Source of the DNA: Candidatus Hodarchaeaceae archaeon
GTDB lineage: Archaea > Hadarchaeota > Hadarchaeia > Hadarchaeales > Hadarchaeaceae
Length of the DNA stretch: 64,000 nucleotides
Direction: 5' to 3'
Assembly: GCA_030018135.1 (NCBI GenBank)
Contig: JASEGJ010000001.1
Location: forward strand, 32,001-96,000
Below, in pieces: positions 1-10,887 of this stretch. A model generated the notes under the pieces. It was not told the DNA's origin, made no database searches, and saw only the letters and a program-made list of their open reading frames with translations. The first letter of the stretch is position 1. Every line of letters starts with the position of its first letter. Made by a program: the position numbers and the translations under genes.

Positions 1-604
1 TCACCTGCCTCGGCTTGCCATTGCCGAGCAAGGCCCCAACCCTCGCAGAGGCTTCCATGAGCGCGCCAGTCTTGCTGCTCACCATCTTTAGGTATTCCGT
101 CTCGCTGACGTCATCGCGCCCCCCAAAAAGCATGTCCAGCGCCTGCCCCTGACATATCTCGAAGCTCGCCCTGCTCACCGTCTCGAAAAGCTCGACGACC
201 CTGTCGCTCGGTAGATCTAGCCGCTTGGCATTCGCGGCCACCGCCTCGAACACCTTGGCAAAAAGTGCGTCACCGGCAATGATCGCGACGGGCTCCCCCC
301 AGATCGTGTGCACTGTCTTGACGTTGCGTCGAAATTCATCCCTATCCATGATATCATCGTGGATGAGCGTGAAGTTGTGCAACAGCTCAAGTGCAGCGGC
401 GGCCTCCATCGCATCTTCTACCCTGCCGCCAACCGCCTCGCACGAGAGCAGTGCTAGACAGGGGCGCAGTCTCTTGCCGCCGGCCTCCAGCAAGTGCCTC
501 GATGCCCTCGCTAGGACCTCTGGCTCAGCGTCGCGCGGGAACCACTCATCGATCTCCTTTTCAACTTTTCTGGTCATCCCCTGCAGGTATTTCATCAATT
601 CCAT
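1..604 (-). CDS. idsA: geranylgeranyl diphosphate synthase (polyprenyl synthetase), runs off the window edge
   Basis: Manual translation from ATG 604: MELMKYLQ..GGKRLRP..HNFTLIHDDIMDRDEFRRN (first Asp-rich motif); usual position after RNase J. Confidence 0.9.
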   Translation of the reverse strand, partial: MELMKYLQGMTRKVEKEIDEWFPRDAEPEVLARASRHLLEAGGKRLRPCLALLSCEAVGGRVEDAMEAAAALELLHNFTLIHDDIMDRDEFRRNVKTVHTIWGEPVAIIAGDALFAKVFEAVAANAKRLDLPSDRVVELFETVSRASFEICQGQALDMLFGGRDDVSETEYLKMVSSKTGALMEASARVGALLGNGKPRQV

Positions 605-1930
605 TTAGCCACTCAACCTTAGACACTCGCCGTTCTGCAAAATGTGCAACTGCCTATCGGAGAATCCCAACTCACGCCCGACCCCTGCCATTATTTTCAG
701 TTTATCCAATGTGCAATGGCACGGCACCAAGTGCTCGGGGTTTATCATCTCTATGAACTCAACGACATCGCGCTTGCCGGCGTGGCCGGAGACGTGGATG
801 TCTTTACGGACGCGCGCGCCCTGAGCGCGCAACTTGGTCTCGAGCAACTCCCTATTGGATTCGTTTATTGGGTTCGGAATCGTGCTAGCGGAGAAGATCA
901 CCTCATCACCGCTCCTAATCTTGAGCGGGAGTTCCCCATCCGCTATTCGGGTCAGCAAGGAGGTCGGCTCCCCCTGATGGCCCGTGACCAAAAGCACATA
1001 ATCGTCCCTAGAGCCATCTATCTCCCGCAAGAGGTTATGCACGGCGTTCGGGCGCCCGTGGATGTGCAACTCGGGCGGAAAATCCACCAAGCCGAGTTTG
1101 GAGGCGATCTTGCAATAAGTGTGCAACGACCGCCCCAATAAAACCGGTGTGCGCCCGATATCAAAGGAAATGTCGACGATTGACTTAATGCGAGTGATGT
1201 GCGAGGAGAAAGTCGTCGCAAAAATTGCGCCGCTATTTGAAGTTGCCTCCGTCATGACCTCCCTCAGCATGTCCCTCGCGTGCGCCTCAGAGGGCGTCGG
1301 CCCAGGCTCGTCCACCCTGACCGCCCCCACCAAGGCTGCGCACAATCCGTCCTTGGCCAACCTTTTTAAGCGGTCGTAGTCGGTGGTATAGCCGAGCAGG
1401 GGCTCATCGTCAAACTTGAAGTCGCTCGCGCAGAGCACCGAACTGTCCGAACCCTGAACCAGCACCAAAGCCGTCTGCAGGATGCTGTGCGTCGCGCCTA
1501 TGAACTCCAATCTAATATCACCAACATCGATGGCATCGCCCGGCATCGCTGTCTTAAACTCGTTCCCGACCTCAAACGTGCGTTCCTCGCGTACTATCTG
1601 CTTTGCGAGCTCTACGGTGAAGGGCGTGCCGTAAATCGGCGCATCGTACGCATGCGCCAGCTTGCCTACCGCGCCTATGTGATCGAGGTGTCCATGGGAG
1701 AGGACAATCGCCAAAACCTCGCGGTCAAGTATGAGCGTGTCATTCGGTATGCAATTCATGTTAATCAGTTCCCTCCTGCCCATTCCGCTGATATCGATGT
1801 CCTCAAATCCGAGGATGCTATCGAGCCTGATCCCCATATCGACCAAGACGTATTCGCCATCGAACCCAATCGCGGTCATGTTCTTGCCCACCTCACCGAG
1901 GCCGCCCAACGGGAGAATTTCAACCGTCAT
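605..1930 (-). CDS. rnj: RNase J family beta-CASP ribonuclease
   Basis: [23 protein letters not shown] and HVSGH motifs; likely start MTVEIL. Confidence 0.92.
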   Translation of the reverse strand: MTVEILPLGGLGEVGKNMTAIGFDGEYVLVDMGIRLDSILGFEDIDISGMGRRELINMNCIPNDTLILDREVLAIVLSHGHLDHIGAVGKLAHAYDAPIYGTPFTVELAKQIVREERTFEVGNEFKTAMPGDAIDVGDIRLEFIGATHSILQTALVLVQGSDSSVLCASDFKFDDEPLLGYTTDYDRLKRLAKDGLCAALVGAVRVDEPGPTPSEAHARDMLREVMTEATSNSGAIFATTFSSHITRIKSIVDISFDIGRTPVLLGRSLHTYCKIASKLGLVDFPPELHIHGRPNAVHNLLREIDGSRDDYVLLVTGHQGEPTSLLTRIADGELPLKIRSGDEVIFSASTIPNPINESNRELLETKLRAQGARVRKDIHVSGHAGKRDVVEFIEMINPEHLVPCHCTLDKLKIMAGVGRELGFSDRQLHILQNGECLRLSG

Positions 1931-3011
1931 TCCTGCCCCTCCTGCCAAACTTCTCCAGATCTAAGCCACGGGCCAAAAACCAATCGCGCGTCGTCCCCGT
2001 GACCACAATCTCCGCCCTCTTAAAATCACCGACGTGCGAGCAACCAAGCAGAAACATGGCGACGCGGAGCTGGTCAATGAAGCTCTTTAGCCAAGTCAAG
2101 ACCGCTAGTTTGCCGCGCGCTGCAGATCTCAGAAGTGGGAGCGCCACGCCCACCATATCCGCACCTAGCGCCAGCGCCTTCGCCGCATCTACTCCATTTC
2201 GCAGGCCGCCGCTCGCGATGACCGGCACATCGACCGCCTCAGCGACCTCCGCGGTGCAAACTGCCGTTGGAATACCCCAGTCCCAAAAAACATCACCCAG
2301 ATTTGCCTTCGAGGCCGAGCGAAGGGCCTCAACGCCCGCCCAGGAGGTGCCGCCCGCCCCGCTGACATCTACCGCGGAAGCGCCCGCATCTACAAGTTTT
2401 TTCGCCACCCGCGCGCTTATGCCCCCTCCCGTCTCCTTCGCGATCACCGGAGCATCGAGCGCGGCACAGATCTCCGCGAATTTTTTGAGACAATCTCGAT
2501 ACTTAGGCTCCCCCTCCGGCTGCGCCACCTCTTGCAACGGGTTCATGTGGATGGAAAGCGCGTCCGCATCTATCATCTCCAACGCCTTTCGGGCCTCCGC
2601 CGCGCCGCAGCCCTGGGCCAGCTGAGCCATGCCCAAATTGCCGATGAGGAGGATGTCCGGCGCAACGCTGCGGACATCGTATGTTTTCGCGAGCTTCGGG
2701 TCCTCGAGCGCTGCGCGCTGGCTACCCACGCTGAAGGCGAGACCTAGCTCCTGTGCTACCTGACCCAACGTCAGGTTCAGTTTACGACCGCGCGGGTGGC
2801 CGCCCGTCATCGCGCAAATCATCACGGGCGCTTTCAGCTCTTTCCCCAAAAACGTGGTGCGTAGGTCAATGTCCTCCAAATTTAGCTCCGGCAATGCATT
2901 ATGCACGAGTTCTACGTTCTCGAAGCCGGTAGTCTTGTTGCGCGCCTCGACATCCTCGCGCAAACATATATTGATGTGGTCAAGTTTCCGACCCACGGTT
3001 TTTTTACCCAT
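1920..3011 (-). CDS. fni: type 2 isopentenyl-diphosphate isomerase
   Basis: [23 protein letters not shown] and GAGGTSW motifs. Confidence 0.95.
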   Translation of the reverse strand: MGKKTVGRKLDHINICLREDVEARNKTTGFENVELVHNALPELNLEDIDLRTTFLGKELKAPVMICAMTGGHPRGRKLNLTLGQVAQELGLAFSVGSQRAALEDPKLAKTYDVRSVAPDILLIGNLGMAQLAQGCGAAEARKALEMIDADALSIHMNPLQEVAQPEGEPKYRDCLKKFAEICAALDAPVIAKETGGGISARVAKKLVDAGASAVDVSGAGGTSWAGVEALRSASKANLGDVFWDWGIPTAVCTAEVAEAVDVPVIASGGLRNGVDAAKALALGADMVGVALPLLRSAARGKLAVLTWLKSFIDQLRVAMFLLGCSHVGDFKRAEIVVTGTTRDWFLARGLDLEKFGRRGRNDG

Positions 3012-3015
3012 GCGA

Positions 3016-3813
3016 TCATCCCATCGTTATCATGGTACCGAGCCCCCGTTCGCCGAGTACCGCGCGCCTCAAAATGTTTGGCTTCGCGGCATTAATGATC
3101 TCTGCCTCCACAGCGTGCTCGGCGAGCGCCAAGAGCTCCCTGACCTTATTCGCCATCCCGCCCGTGACATCCGGGCCGCCTGCCGCGCTAATCGGCTCGG
3201 CGATCCCCGGCCAACTGGTTGGCGTTATCGTCCGTATCAACTTAGCACTTTTTCGCACTTTTGGATTCGCGGTGTAAACTCCGTCGACATCGACGCAGAC
3301 TATAATGCGAGACGCCCCGAGTTCCCGCGCGAGGTGGACGACGAGCTGGTCGCCCGAGAGGATGCCCATGCCCCTGCTCAAATCCGGCACAGCATCGCCG
3401 TACAAAACTGGCACGATGCCGAGCTCGAGCAGTTTGCGCGCTGGCGTCAACTCCATGGATTTGATCCGCCCGTCGATGACCGTGGTACATGCGGACGGCT
3501 GAACCGCCATGGCCGGCAAGCCAGCCCTCTGAAGGGCTTCGACGACATGGGCATTGAGCTTCTCCATGGCCCGATGAGTGAGCGAGAGGCCAATTAGCTG
3601 CCGCTTGTCCCCGTAGCCTCCAGCGATACCATATTTAGATGCCATCGGATGCCCGAACGAACCGCCGCCGTGCACAATTACCAGCGGCTCCTTCGCAGCC
3701 GCCAATTCCCCGGCGAGCCTCCTGAGCGCGGCGCGCCTAACTGAGAACTTCCTGCGCTTGTCGGTTATGACGCTGCCGCCGAGCTTTACTATTAGGGGTT
3801 TCGTTTTAATCAC
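3016..3813 (-). CDS. ipk: isopentenyl phosphate kinase
   Basis: [24 protein letters not shown] and DVTGGM motifs; GTG start overlaps the MEMO stop. Confidence 0.92.
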   Translation of the reverse strand: MIKTKPLIVKLGGSVITDKRRKFSVRRAALRRLAGELAAAKEPLVIVHGGGSFGHPMASKYGIAGGYGDKRQLIGLSLTHRAMEKLNAHVVEALQRAGLPAMAVQPSACTTVIDGRIKSMELTPARKLLELGIVPVLYGDAVPDLSRGMGILSGDQLVVHLARELGASRIIVCVDVDGVYTANPKVRKSAKLIRTITPTSWPGIAEPISAAGGPDVTGGMANKVRELLALAEHAVEAEIINAAKPNILRRAVLGERGLGTMITMG

Positions 3814-4652
3814 CTGATTACCGCAATCGAGCCGTAGCCGACGACCTGCGGCATCGGTCCAGCAGTATCGCCGCTGGTCGCATATTTTAGCAGCTTGGCC
3901 CTCTTCGCCCCCAACTCCACAGCGGCACACAGCATGGCCGCGACAGGACCAGACCCACACATGCTGATATCCTTATCGTAAACAGTTCGCAGTAGGCCTC
4001 GCCAGTCCAAGGCTAAGATTTTATCTATAGCCATCCTGTCCTTTGCCGCCGCGGACTGTTGGAGCTCGTAGTGCGTGAAGTCCGTGGACGCGAGGATGAC
4101 GGCGTCCCCCTTCGCCACCGCCTTGGCGATGGCCCCTCCGACCTCCCTGCTCGTCTCCTCATCCTGCATCATCATGCATATGGGCACGATGCCGAACCGA
4201 TCGCCGAAAAGGTGCTGCAGGAAGGGGAGCTGCACCTCAAGTGAATGCTCGTGCGCGTGCGCGACCTCGTCGACATCAATCAAATCCGACCCCTTCCCGA
4301 TCGCCTCGGCCAAAGGGCGATCTATCCCAACCTTGCCCAGCGGCGTGAACCACTCGCCGGATGTCATTATGGAGACCCCCGAGCCCACGCCCGTGTGATT
4401 TGGGCCTATGATCACGACCGACTTCGGCCTGCCATCCCTAGCAATGTAGGCGAAGCCGTGGGCCGCGACAGGGCCGGAATACATGTAGCCCGCGTGCGGC
4501 GAAACCAATCCTATCAATGAACGCTCGCCGGCCGAGACCCGCGGCACCTCGCCGGGGCCATGGGCGTGGGCATAGCACCATTCGATCTGCTCCCTGAGCG
4601 AACTGGCATCGCCCTCGTAAAACGTCCCGGCCACCGCAGGTCTACGCGTCAA
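3810..4652 (-). CDS. MEMO1 family protein (AmmeMemoRadiSam protein B)
   Basis: RRPAVAGTFY, PHAGYMYSG, EHSLEVQLPFLQ and STDFTHY motifs; TTG start after GGTGA. Confidence 0.92.
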   Translation of the reverse strand: MTRRPAVAGTFYEGDASSLREQIEWCYAHAHGPGEVPRVSAGERSLIGLVSPHAGYMYSGPVAAHGFAYIARDGRPKSVVIIGPNHTGVGSGVSIMTSGEWFTPLGKVGIDRPLAEAIGKGSDLIDVDEVAHAHEHSLEVQLPFLQHLFGDRFGIVPICMMMQDEETSREVGGAIAKAVAKGDAVILASTDFTHYELQQSAAAKDRMAIDKILALDWRGLLRTVYDKDISMCGSGPVAAMLCAAVELGAKRAKLLKYATSGDTAGPMPQVVGYGSIAVIR

Positions 4653-4656
4653 GCGC

Positions 4657-5283
4657 TCACCGCTCGGGCTTCGTCTCGAACTCCTCCACCGAGACGCCGA
4701 ACTCCTGATCCGGCGCCAGCTCACCCCGCTCGCGCAGGACCTGCCTCGCTAGGAGCCAGTAGACGAGCGCGAGTGCCTTCCTCCCCTTGTTGTTCGTGGG
4801 GATGACCAAATCTATGTCCGCGGTCTCGTTGTCGGTATCGCAAAGGCCGACTATGGGTATGCCGACCTCGGCGGCCTCGCGCAGGGGCTGCTCATCCGCG
4901 ATGGGATCCGTCACCGTGAGCACGCTCGGCTCCATGTAGCCCTTGTAGGAGGGATTTGTAAGCGTCCCCGGGATGAACCTGCCCGGCATGACGACCGCGC
5001 GCGTTACCTCGCCGAACTTTGTCGCCGGCCTCTGCCCGTACTGCCTAGCCGAAACGACGAGCACGCGCTCCGGCTCGAACTTTGCCAAAAACTTGCCCGC
5101 TAGGCGAACCCGCTCGTCCGTCTTACGCACATCCAACACATAAAGCCCATCTGGCCTAGCACGATAGATAAAAGGCACCATGGCGCCCGTCTTCTGCCTT
5201 GTGCCTATGTGGACCCCGCTGGAGAGGTACTGGTCCATATCTATGAGCACCTCGCCACCCTCTACAAAGTCTCCTACTTCCAT
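4657..5283 (-). CDS. rps2: 30S ribosomal protein S2
   Basis: [32 protein letters not shown]. Confidence 0.97.
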   Translation of the reverse strand: MEVGDFVEGGEVLIDMDQYLSSGVHIGTRQKTGAMVPFIYRARPDGLYVLDVRKTDERVRLAGKFLAKFEPERVLVVSARQYGQRPATKFGEVTRAVVMPGRFIPGTLTNPSYKGYMEPSVLTVTDPIADEQPLREAAEVGIPIVGLCDTDNETADIDLVIPTNNKGRKALALVYWLLARQVLRERGELAPDQEFGVSVEEFETKPER

Positions 5284-6545
5284 GGCAACTCCCCCATCCT
5301 TGCTTGTTCTCCTAACTCCTCCTCAATGCGGATGAGCTCATTAAGCTTGGCCACGCGCTCGCCGCCGACCACGCCGGTCTTGATGATCGGACACTCGAAG
5401 CCGACCGCTAGGTGCGCGATCGTTTCGTCGGAGGTCTCGCCGGAGCGATGCGACATCACGGGCACGTAGCCGTGCTGCCTCGCCAGCTGGACCGCGACAT
5501 GCGTATCGCTCAGCGTGCCTATCTGGTTCGGCTTTATCAGCACTGCATTTGCCGCGCCTAGTTTAATTCCCTTGCGTATTCTGGCGACGTTCGTGACGAA
5601 GAGGTCGTCGCCGCATATCAGGCACCTCTTCGCCTTTTTTGTAATTTCCGCGAAGGACTCAAAATCGTCCTCGCGCAGCGGGTCCTCGACGTAGAAGGGC
5701 TCGTATGTCTCGATGAGTTCAAGCACGAAATCTATTTGCTCACCGGTGTCGCGTGCCGCGCCCTCTCTTTTGTATACGTACTTTTTCTTCCCTGAGTCGT
5801 ACAGGCCGCTCGCCGCGAAGTCCAGCCCAGGTCTGATCTTGAAGCCCATCTCCTCGCTGATTTCCTCGCATGCCCGCGCCACGAGCTCTAAAGCCTCAAC
5901 ATTGCCCAAGTTTGGGGCCCAAGCGCCCTCATCGCCCTTCCCGCCGGTGAATGTCCCGTCCTTGGCCTCGATCAAGGCCCTAACCCTTCGGTGAACTTGC
6001 GAGTTCGCGAAAGCTGCATCGACAAATCTGCCGGCGTCAGTCGGGATGACCAAAAATTCCTGGATATCCGGCGCCATTCGGCCGGCATGAGCCCCACCGC
6101 CCAGCACGTTGCCGAGCGGATACGGCAATTTGGTCGCTTGCTCGCCGCCCAAGTACTTGTAGAGGGGTAAATTGAGCGCGGCGGACGCGGCCTTCGCGAC
6201 CGCCATCGAGACCGCGACCGCAGCGTTGCCGCCGATCCTGCTCAAATCGGGCGTGCCGTCCAGCTTCCGGAGCAAGGCGTCGATCCGTTTTTGATCGGTG
6301 ACCTCCATGCCGACGAGTCTTGGAGCGACGACCCTTTTAACCCCCTCGACGGCACCATCGACGCCGCCCTTGGGTAAAGCGGTGACCTCGTGCCTGCCCT
6401 TGCTCGCTCCGCTCGGGGCCGCCGCCCTGCCGAAGCCCACCTTGGTACCTACCTCGTCCTCTGCCACGACATCCACCTCTACGGTCGGGTTGGCACGGCT
6501 ATCGAGGATCTTGCGCGCGGATATGCTGCTGATTATCGCCCGCAC
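5274..6545 (-). CDS. eno: enolase
   Basis: [43 protein letters not shown]; start estimated at GTG 6545. Confidence 0.95.
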   Translation of the reverse strand: MRAIISSISARKILDSRANPTVEVDVVAEDEVGTKVGFGRAAAPSGASKGRHEVTALPKGGVDGAVEGVKRVVAPRLVGMEVTDQKRIDALLRKLDGTPDLSRIGGNAAVAVSMAVAKAASAALNLPLYKYLGGEQATKLPYPLGNVLGGGAHAGRMAPDIQEFLVIPTDAGRFVDAAFANSQVHRRVRALIEAKDGTFTGGKGDEGAWAPNLGNVEALELVARACEEISEEMGFKIRPGLDFAASGLYDSGKKKYVYKREGAARDTGEQIDFVLELIETYEPFYVEDPLREDDFESFAEITKKAKRCLICGDDLFVTNVARIRKGIKLGAANAVLIKPNQIGTLSDTHVAVQLARQHGYVPVMSHRSGETSDETIAHLAVGFECPIIKTGVVGGERVAKLNELIRIEEELGEQARMGELPWK

Positions 6546-6644
6546 TTTTATCGCCACCCAAGACATCATCACCGAGGTTTAAGTAGCTACCTCGAGCGCT
6601 GGCAAAATGATTTAAGCAATTCAGTTCAAAACATTTCCGATGAA

Positions 6645-7391
6645 ATGCGGGCCACCGTCATCATTCCGGCGAAGAACGAGGGCCCCACCATCGCGAAGGT
6701 CGTGCAAGCTGCAAAGCAATCCCAATCGGTCGATGAAGTTATCGTCGTGGATGGCCATTCTGATGATAACACCACCGAGGAGGCGCGTAAGGCTGGAGCT
6801 AAAGTCGTGATGCAATCGAAGAGGGGCTACCCGGCTAAAGGCATAGCTATGCGGGACGGCCTCCGGGCGGCGCGCAACGACGTGATCGCATACGTCGACG
6901 CGGACATCGTCAACATGGAGCCCAACATGATCGAGCAGCTGCTGGAGCCGATAATGAAGGGCGAGGCCGACTTCGTCAAGGGCACCTTCGAACGAGCGGG
7001 GGGGAGGGTGACGGAGCTTGTCGCTAAACCCCTCTTAAAGATGTTCTTCCCGGAGGCATCTGGTTTTTCGCAGCCGCTCGGCGGGGAAATCGCCGGCAGG
7101 CGGTGGGTATTCGAGCAAATAAAGTTTGAGGAGAATTGGGGCGTCGACATCGGCATCCTAATAGATGTGGTGAAGATGGGCGCGAGGGTCAAGGAGGTTC
7201 ACATAGGTTTCAAGGACCACATAATGAAGCCCCTCCTCGACCTGCAGGAAATGGCCTATCAGGTGGCGGAGGCCATAATAAAAAGGGCCGAGGCCGAAAA
7301 CGCCTTGAAGAGCGTCGCCTGGATATCCCGCCCCGCGAGCAAGATCACCCATCACGAAGGGGCCGAGGCTGAAAAACAACAGGAAAATTAG
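6645..7391 (+). CDS. glucosyl/mannosyl-3-phosphoglycerate synthase-like GT-A glycosyltransferase
   Basis: VIIPAKNE, DAD and GGRVTELVAKPLL..QPLGGE..WGVDIGILID (GpgS-type signature). Confidence 0.8.
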   Translation: MRATVIIPAKNEGPTIAKVVQAAKQSQSVDEVIVVDGHSDDNTTEEARKAGAKVVMQSKRGYPAKGIAMRDGLRAARNDVIAYVDADIVNMEPNMIEQLLEPIMKGEADFVKGTFERAGGRVTELVAKPLLKMFFPEASGFSQPLGGEIAGRRWVFEQIKFEENWGVDIGILIDVVKMGARVKEVHIGFKDHIMKPLLDLQEMAYQVAEAIIKRAEAENALKSVAWISRPASKITHHEGAEAEKQQEN

Positions 7392-7442
7392 AATGGCTCA
7401 AAAAGCAGGAGCCCTAAAAATGCTGAAAGGTGGCGAGGGACT

Positions 7443-8081
7443 TTGCGGCTCATAGTCTTTGATTTCGATGGGACGCTGATGGACGGCAGGCTCATCGACG
7501 TCCTCGCCCAACGCTTTGGCTTTGAGGAAAAGCTCATGAAGGTGTTTGAGAGCACGGTTCCGGGACACGTACAATCGTTAAAGGTCGCCCGATTGTTGAG
7601 GGGCATTAAACTGCAAGATGTGCTGAAAGCGGCCCGAAACTTAAGATTCATGCCGGGCGCCCGTGAGGTCCTCAATGGCCTTAAGGTCAAAGGCTACATC
7701 ACGGGCATAATAAGCGATAGCTACAAACGAGCGATCGAAAGCGCGGTCGAGGGATTGCCCATCGACTTCGTGATGGCGAACGAGCTCGCGGTGGAAGACG
7801 GAACTCTGACGGGCGAGATACGGATGCCGCTGGGCTGGGCGAAGGATGAGGACTGCCTAAGGCACTCCGTCTGCAAGCTCACGGCCCTACGGGAGGCCGC
7901 GAGGCGCTATGGCGCGAGCATGGATGAAACGATCGCGGTCGGCAATGGTGAGGTCGACATCTGCATGGTCGAGGCCGCGGGCTTGGGGATAGCGTTCAAT
8001 CCCAATTCCTCAAAACTAAAACGAGTTGCGGACGTCGTGATAGAGTCGAGGGATTTAAGGCCGATATTGAACTATGCCTGA
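7443..8081 (+). CDS. HAD-IB (SerB-like) phosphatase
   Basis: FDFDGTL motif I, ANEL, AVGNGEVDICM..AGLGIAFN. Confidence 0.85.
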   Translation: MRLIVFDFDGTLMDGRLIDVLAQRFGFEEKLMKVFESTVPGHVQSLKVARLLRGIKLQDVLKAARNLRFMPGAREVLNGLKVKGYITGIISDSYKRAIESAVEGLPIDFVMANELAVEDGTLTGEIRMPLGWAKDEDCLRHSVCKLTALREAARRYGASMDETIAVGNGEVDICMVEAAGLGIAFNPNSSKLKRVADVVIESRDLRPILNYA

Positions 8082-8103
8082 ACAGTTCACGTTTCCATCG
8101 CAA

Positions 8104-8141
8104 TTTTTAAAATATATCAAATTTGATTATCAATAACGATA
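8104..8141 (+). promoter_or_regulatory. TATA-like element plus two ATC-N6-GAT inverted repeats (candidate PadR operator)
   Basis: TTTTTAAAATATA followed by the perfect palindrome ATCAAATTTGAT (8116-8127) and TATCAATAACGATA (8128-8141), upstream of the padR-like gene. Confidence 0.45.
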
Positions 8142-8162
8142 TTATGTGTTAATGGTGATACA

Positions 8163-8708
8163 ATGGGACATTTGCATCTCGTTAAACACTGGATGAAACA
8201 CACTGCTGCCGCCCCAAAGGGCTTCCTTCGGTATTATGTCCTAGAACTGCTTAATGCGAAGCCCATGTCCGGCTCGGAACTTATGGGCGAAATTAAAAAA
8301 CAAAGCGGAGGATGCTGGAAGCCCAGCCCGGGTTCTATATATCCCCTCCTAGCGTGGTTGCAGGACGAGGGGTACATAAAAGAAGTGTCAACCGAAGAAG
8401 GTGGGAGAAAGCGATATGCGCTCACCGACAGAGGAAAAACATTCTTTGAGGAGCACCTGAAAATAAAGAAGGAATTCCGCAGAAGGCTGAAGTTCTTCGC
8501 CCCGCCATTCTTTGGACCGATGTGGCTCGATCTCCACTCCGGGAGGGCAAGCGAGTTGCGAGAGGCCATGAAAAAGTTGGTGATTGCGCTATGGAATTTA
8601 AGGGGCAGGCTCGAAGAAAAATATATAGAACAAGCGGTGGCCGATGCCAAAGACGTGCTTAACCGAGCTGCCAAGGAAATAGAGGAAATAAATAGGAAGT
8701 TGGGGTGA
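8163..8708 (+). CDS. PadR family transcriptional regulator
   Basis: GFLRYYVLELL..PMSGSELM..WKPSPGSIYPLL..RKRYALTDRG. Confidence 0.9.
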   Translation: MGHLHLVKHWMKHTAAAPKGFLRYYVLELLNAKPMSGSELMGEIKKQSGGCWKPSPGSIYPLLAWLQDEGYIKEVSTEEGGRKRYALTDRGKTFFEEHLKIKKEFRRRLKFFAPPFFGPMWLDLHSGRASELREAMKKLVIALWNLRGRLEEKYIEQAVADAKDVLNRAAKEIEEINRKLG

Positions 8709-8712
8709 CGAA

Positions 8713-9713
8713 ACGACCGACGAAGTGAAAGCCGAGGGGCTGACGAAGATCTTCAATAGGGACTTGGTGGCGGTGGACCACATTGACTTCAGCGTGGGGG
8801 AGGGCGAAATCTTCGGCTTTCTCGGCCCCAATGGAGCTGGCAAAACTACCACGATCAACATGTTGATAACGGTGATAAAGCCAACCGAAGGGCGTGCGGC
8901 GGTGTGCGGATTCGACATCGTGGAGCAAGCCGGCGAAGTTAGGAACCGCATAGGTGTCGTCCCCCAAGAATATACCGCAGACGAGGATTTGACGGGATAT
9001 GAAAATATAATCCTGTGCGGGGACCTCTACGGCATCCCGCGGGAGGCCTCAAAGAAGCGTGCGGCTGAACTTCTAGAGCTTGTCGAACTAACGAGGTTCA
9101 AGGACAGAAAGGTCGAGACGTACTCGGGAGGCATGAGGAGGAGGCTGGAACTCGCCTGCGGCCTAATAAACAGGCCCCGCGTGCTATTCTTGGACGAGCC
9201 AACATTGGGCTTGGATGTCCAGACGAGGGCAACAATCTGGAACTACATTAGACTGCTCAAGGAAGAATTTAACATGACACTCTTCATGACGACCCACTAC
9301 CTCGAGGAGGCAGATGCCCTCTGCGACAGGGTGGCGATAATCGACAATGGCAAAATAGTGAAAGTCGGCAATCCCAACGCGTTGAAGGAAAGCCTCGGGG
9401 GAGACATAATCACCCTAGGTATCCAAGGGAAAGATGTGGGCATCACGGAATTTGTTAAAAAATTCCAAAGGTGAAGGAGGTGAAGAAGCAGGATAACACC
9501 TACTGGATTAAGGTTGAGGACGGGGAGGAAACTGCCCCGCTGATAATAGAGGCCATAAGGAACATGGGGCACGCCGTGACGAGGCTCTCCCTGACAAAGC
9601 CCACCCTCGACGAGGTGTATCTCGAGTACACCGGTAAGTCGATGAGGGAGGAACAGGAGGAAAGGGCGAACATCTGGAGCCGAAGAAGGACGATAAGAAA
9701 GGCGAGAACGTGA
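8713..9713 (+). pseudogene. DrrA-type ABC transporter ATPase, frameshifted
   Basis: GPNGAGKTT, YSGGMRRRL, LDEPT; frame break in the A6 run at 9457-9462; ACG at the expected start after GGGGTGA. Confidence 0.8.
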
Positions 9714-10551
9714 GCCAAGACGGAAACTCCACGAATCCCCTGCACGGCCTTTGGGCTTTGACTCACAGGGAGCTGAAGAAATGGTAGAAGGAACCGCTGC
9801 TGCTCTTCATATCGGTGGTTCAACCGATAATTTGGATGGGTCTCTTCGGCAAGGCGATGAACATAGGCACGATCTTTTCCAGTCCAGCCCTTCCACCGGC
9901 GGCGGCAGAACAGGTTATGAAGAGCACCTTCGGCACCGCCGACTATTTCTCCTTCGTGGCCGTTGGCATGCTTTCCTTCGTCGTGCTGTTCACGACCATG
10001 TTCAGCGGCATGTCGATCGTTTGGGACAGACGTTTGGGCTTCCTGGGCAAGGTCCTAAGTGCCCCTGTCGCGAGGGGATCGATACTTTTTTCAAAGGTTT
10101 TTTCGGCTGTGATAAGGTCCCTGGTCCAAGCGGGCATAGTCCTTTCCGTCGCCTTCTTGCTTGGTTTACGCCCGGGTCCAGATTTCACCCCAATAAATTT
10201 GCTGGGAGTTTTCGCTGCCCTGTTCCTGATGTGCATCGGGCTATCCTCGATTTTCCTTTTGATAGCCATACGCTCCAGTAGGTGGGAGACCCAGATGGCG
10301 GTGATGAACCTTTTGAACCTGCCGCTCCTCTTTACGAGCAACGCCTCTTCCCGACCTCCTTGATGCCAAACTGGCTGAGGTTCATATCGAAGATAAACCC
10401 CATAACCTACGGCACCGATGCGGGGAGGCAACTCCTCCTCTACCAAACGAATACATCCCAGCTGGCCTTCGATTTCGCGTTCTTGGGCGCGTTCGCCGCC
10501 ATCTTCTCGGCCATCGGTATCTTTCTCTCGTGGAGGTACCTAAGCAAATAG
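9710..10551 (+). pseudogene. ABC-2 type permease with in-frame stop and frameshift
   Basis: RELKKW*KEP (TAG at 9785-9787); a 1-nt deletion near 10345 splits SNAL-FP..MPNWL..INPITYG. Confidence 0.8.
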
Positions 10552-10559
10552 ATTTTTGA

Positions 10560-10654
10560 TGGTGGGGCCGCCGGGATTTGAACCCGGGTCTCCAGCACCC
10601 CATTCCAGATCCAAAGATTAGCTGGGAGGATTGGCCAAGCTACCCTACGGCCCC
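10560..10654 (-). tRNA. tRNA-Pro(GGG) with a 17-nt intron at 32/33 (10603-10619); CCA encoded
   Basis: GGGGCCG acceptor, CCAGC/GCTGG anticodon stem, GTTCAAATC T-loop; BHB: CCAG/CTGG helix, bulges CT|A and AA|T. Confidence 0.93.
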
Positions 10655-10887
10655 GTAATAAGGTGAAGGGCTGGTTATTTATTACATTAAGTTTTAAGCA
10701 GACCGAGGTTCCTTTGGCTTAAATCGCCGCCATCTTAAGGTACCTCTTTCATCTCCCCTCAAAGAAAGCATGAGCACCTGAGTAAAGCCATTGCGCGATT
10801 CGAAAAGCTTGGTTGTTTCCACCATAACGCAGGGCATCCGACACGGTTTGGCGGTGCCCGGCGCCGCCTGTGTTGATCACGAATCGT

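Noticed and set aside
9785-9787. In-frame TAG as pyrrolysine readthrough
   Set aside because: The same operon has other lesions and there are no pyl genes in the window; a nonsense change or sequencing error is simpler.
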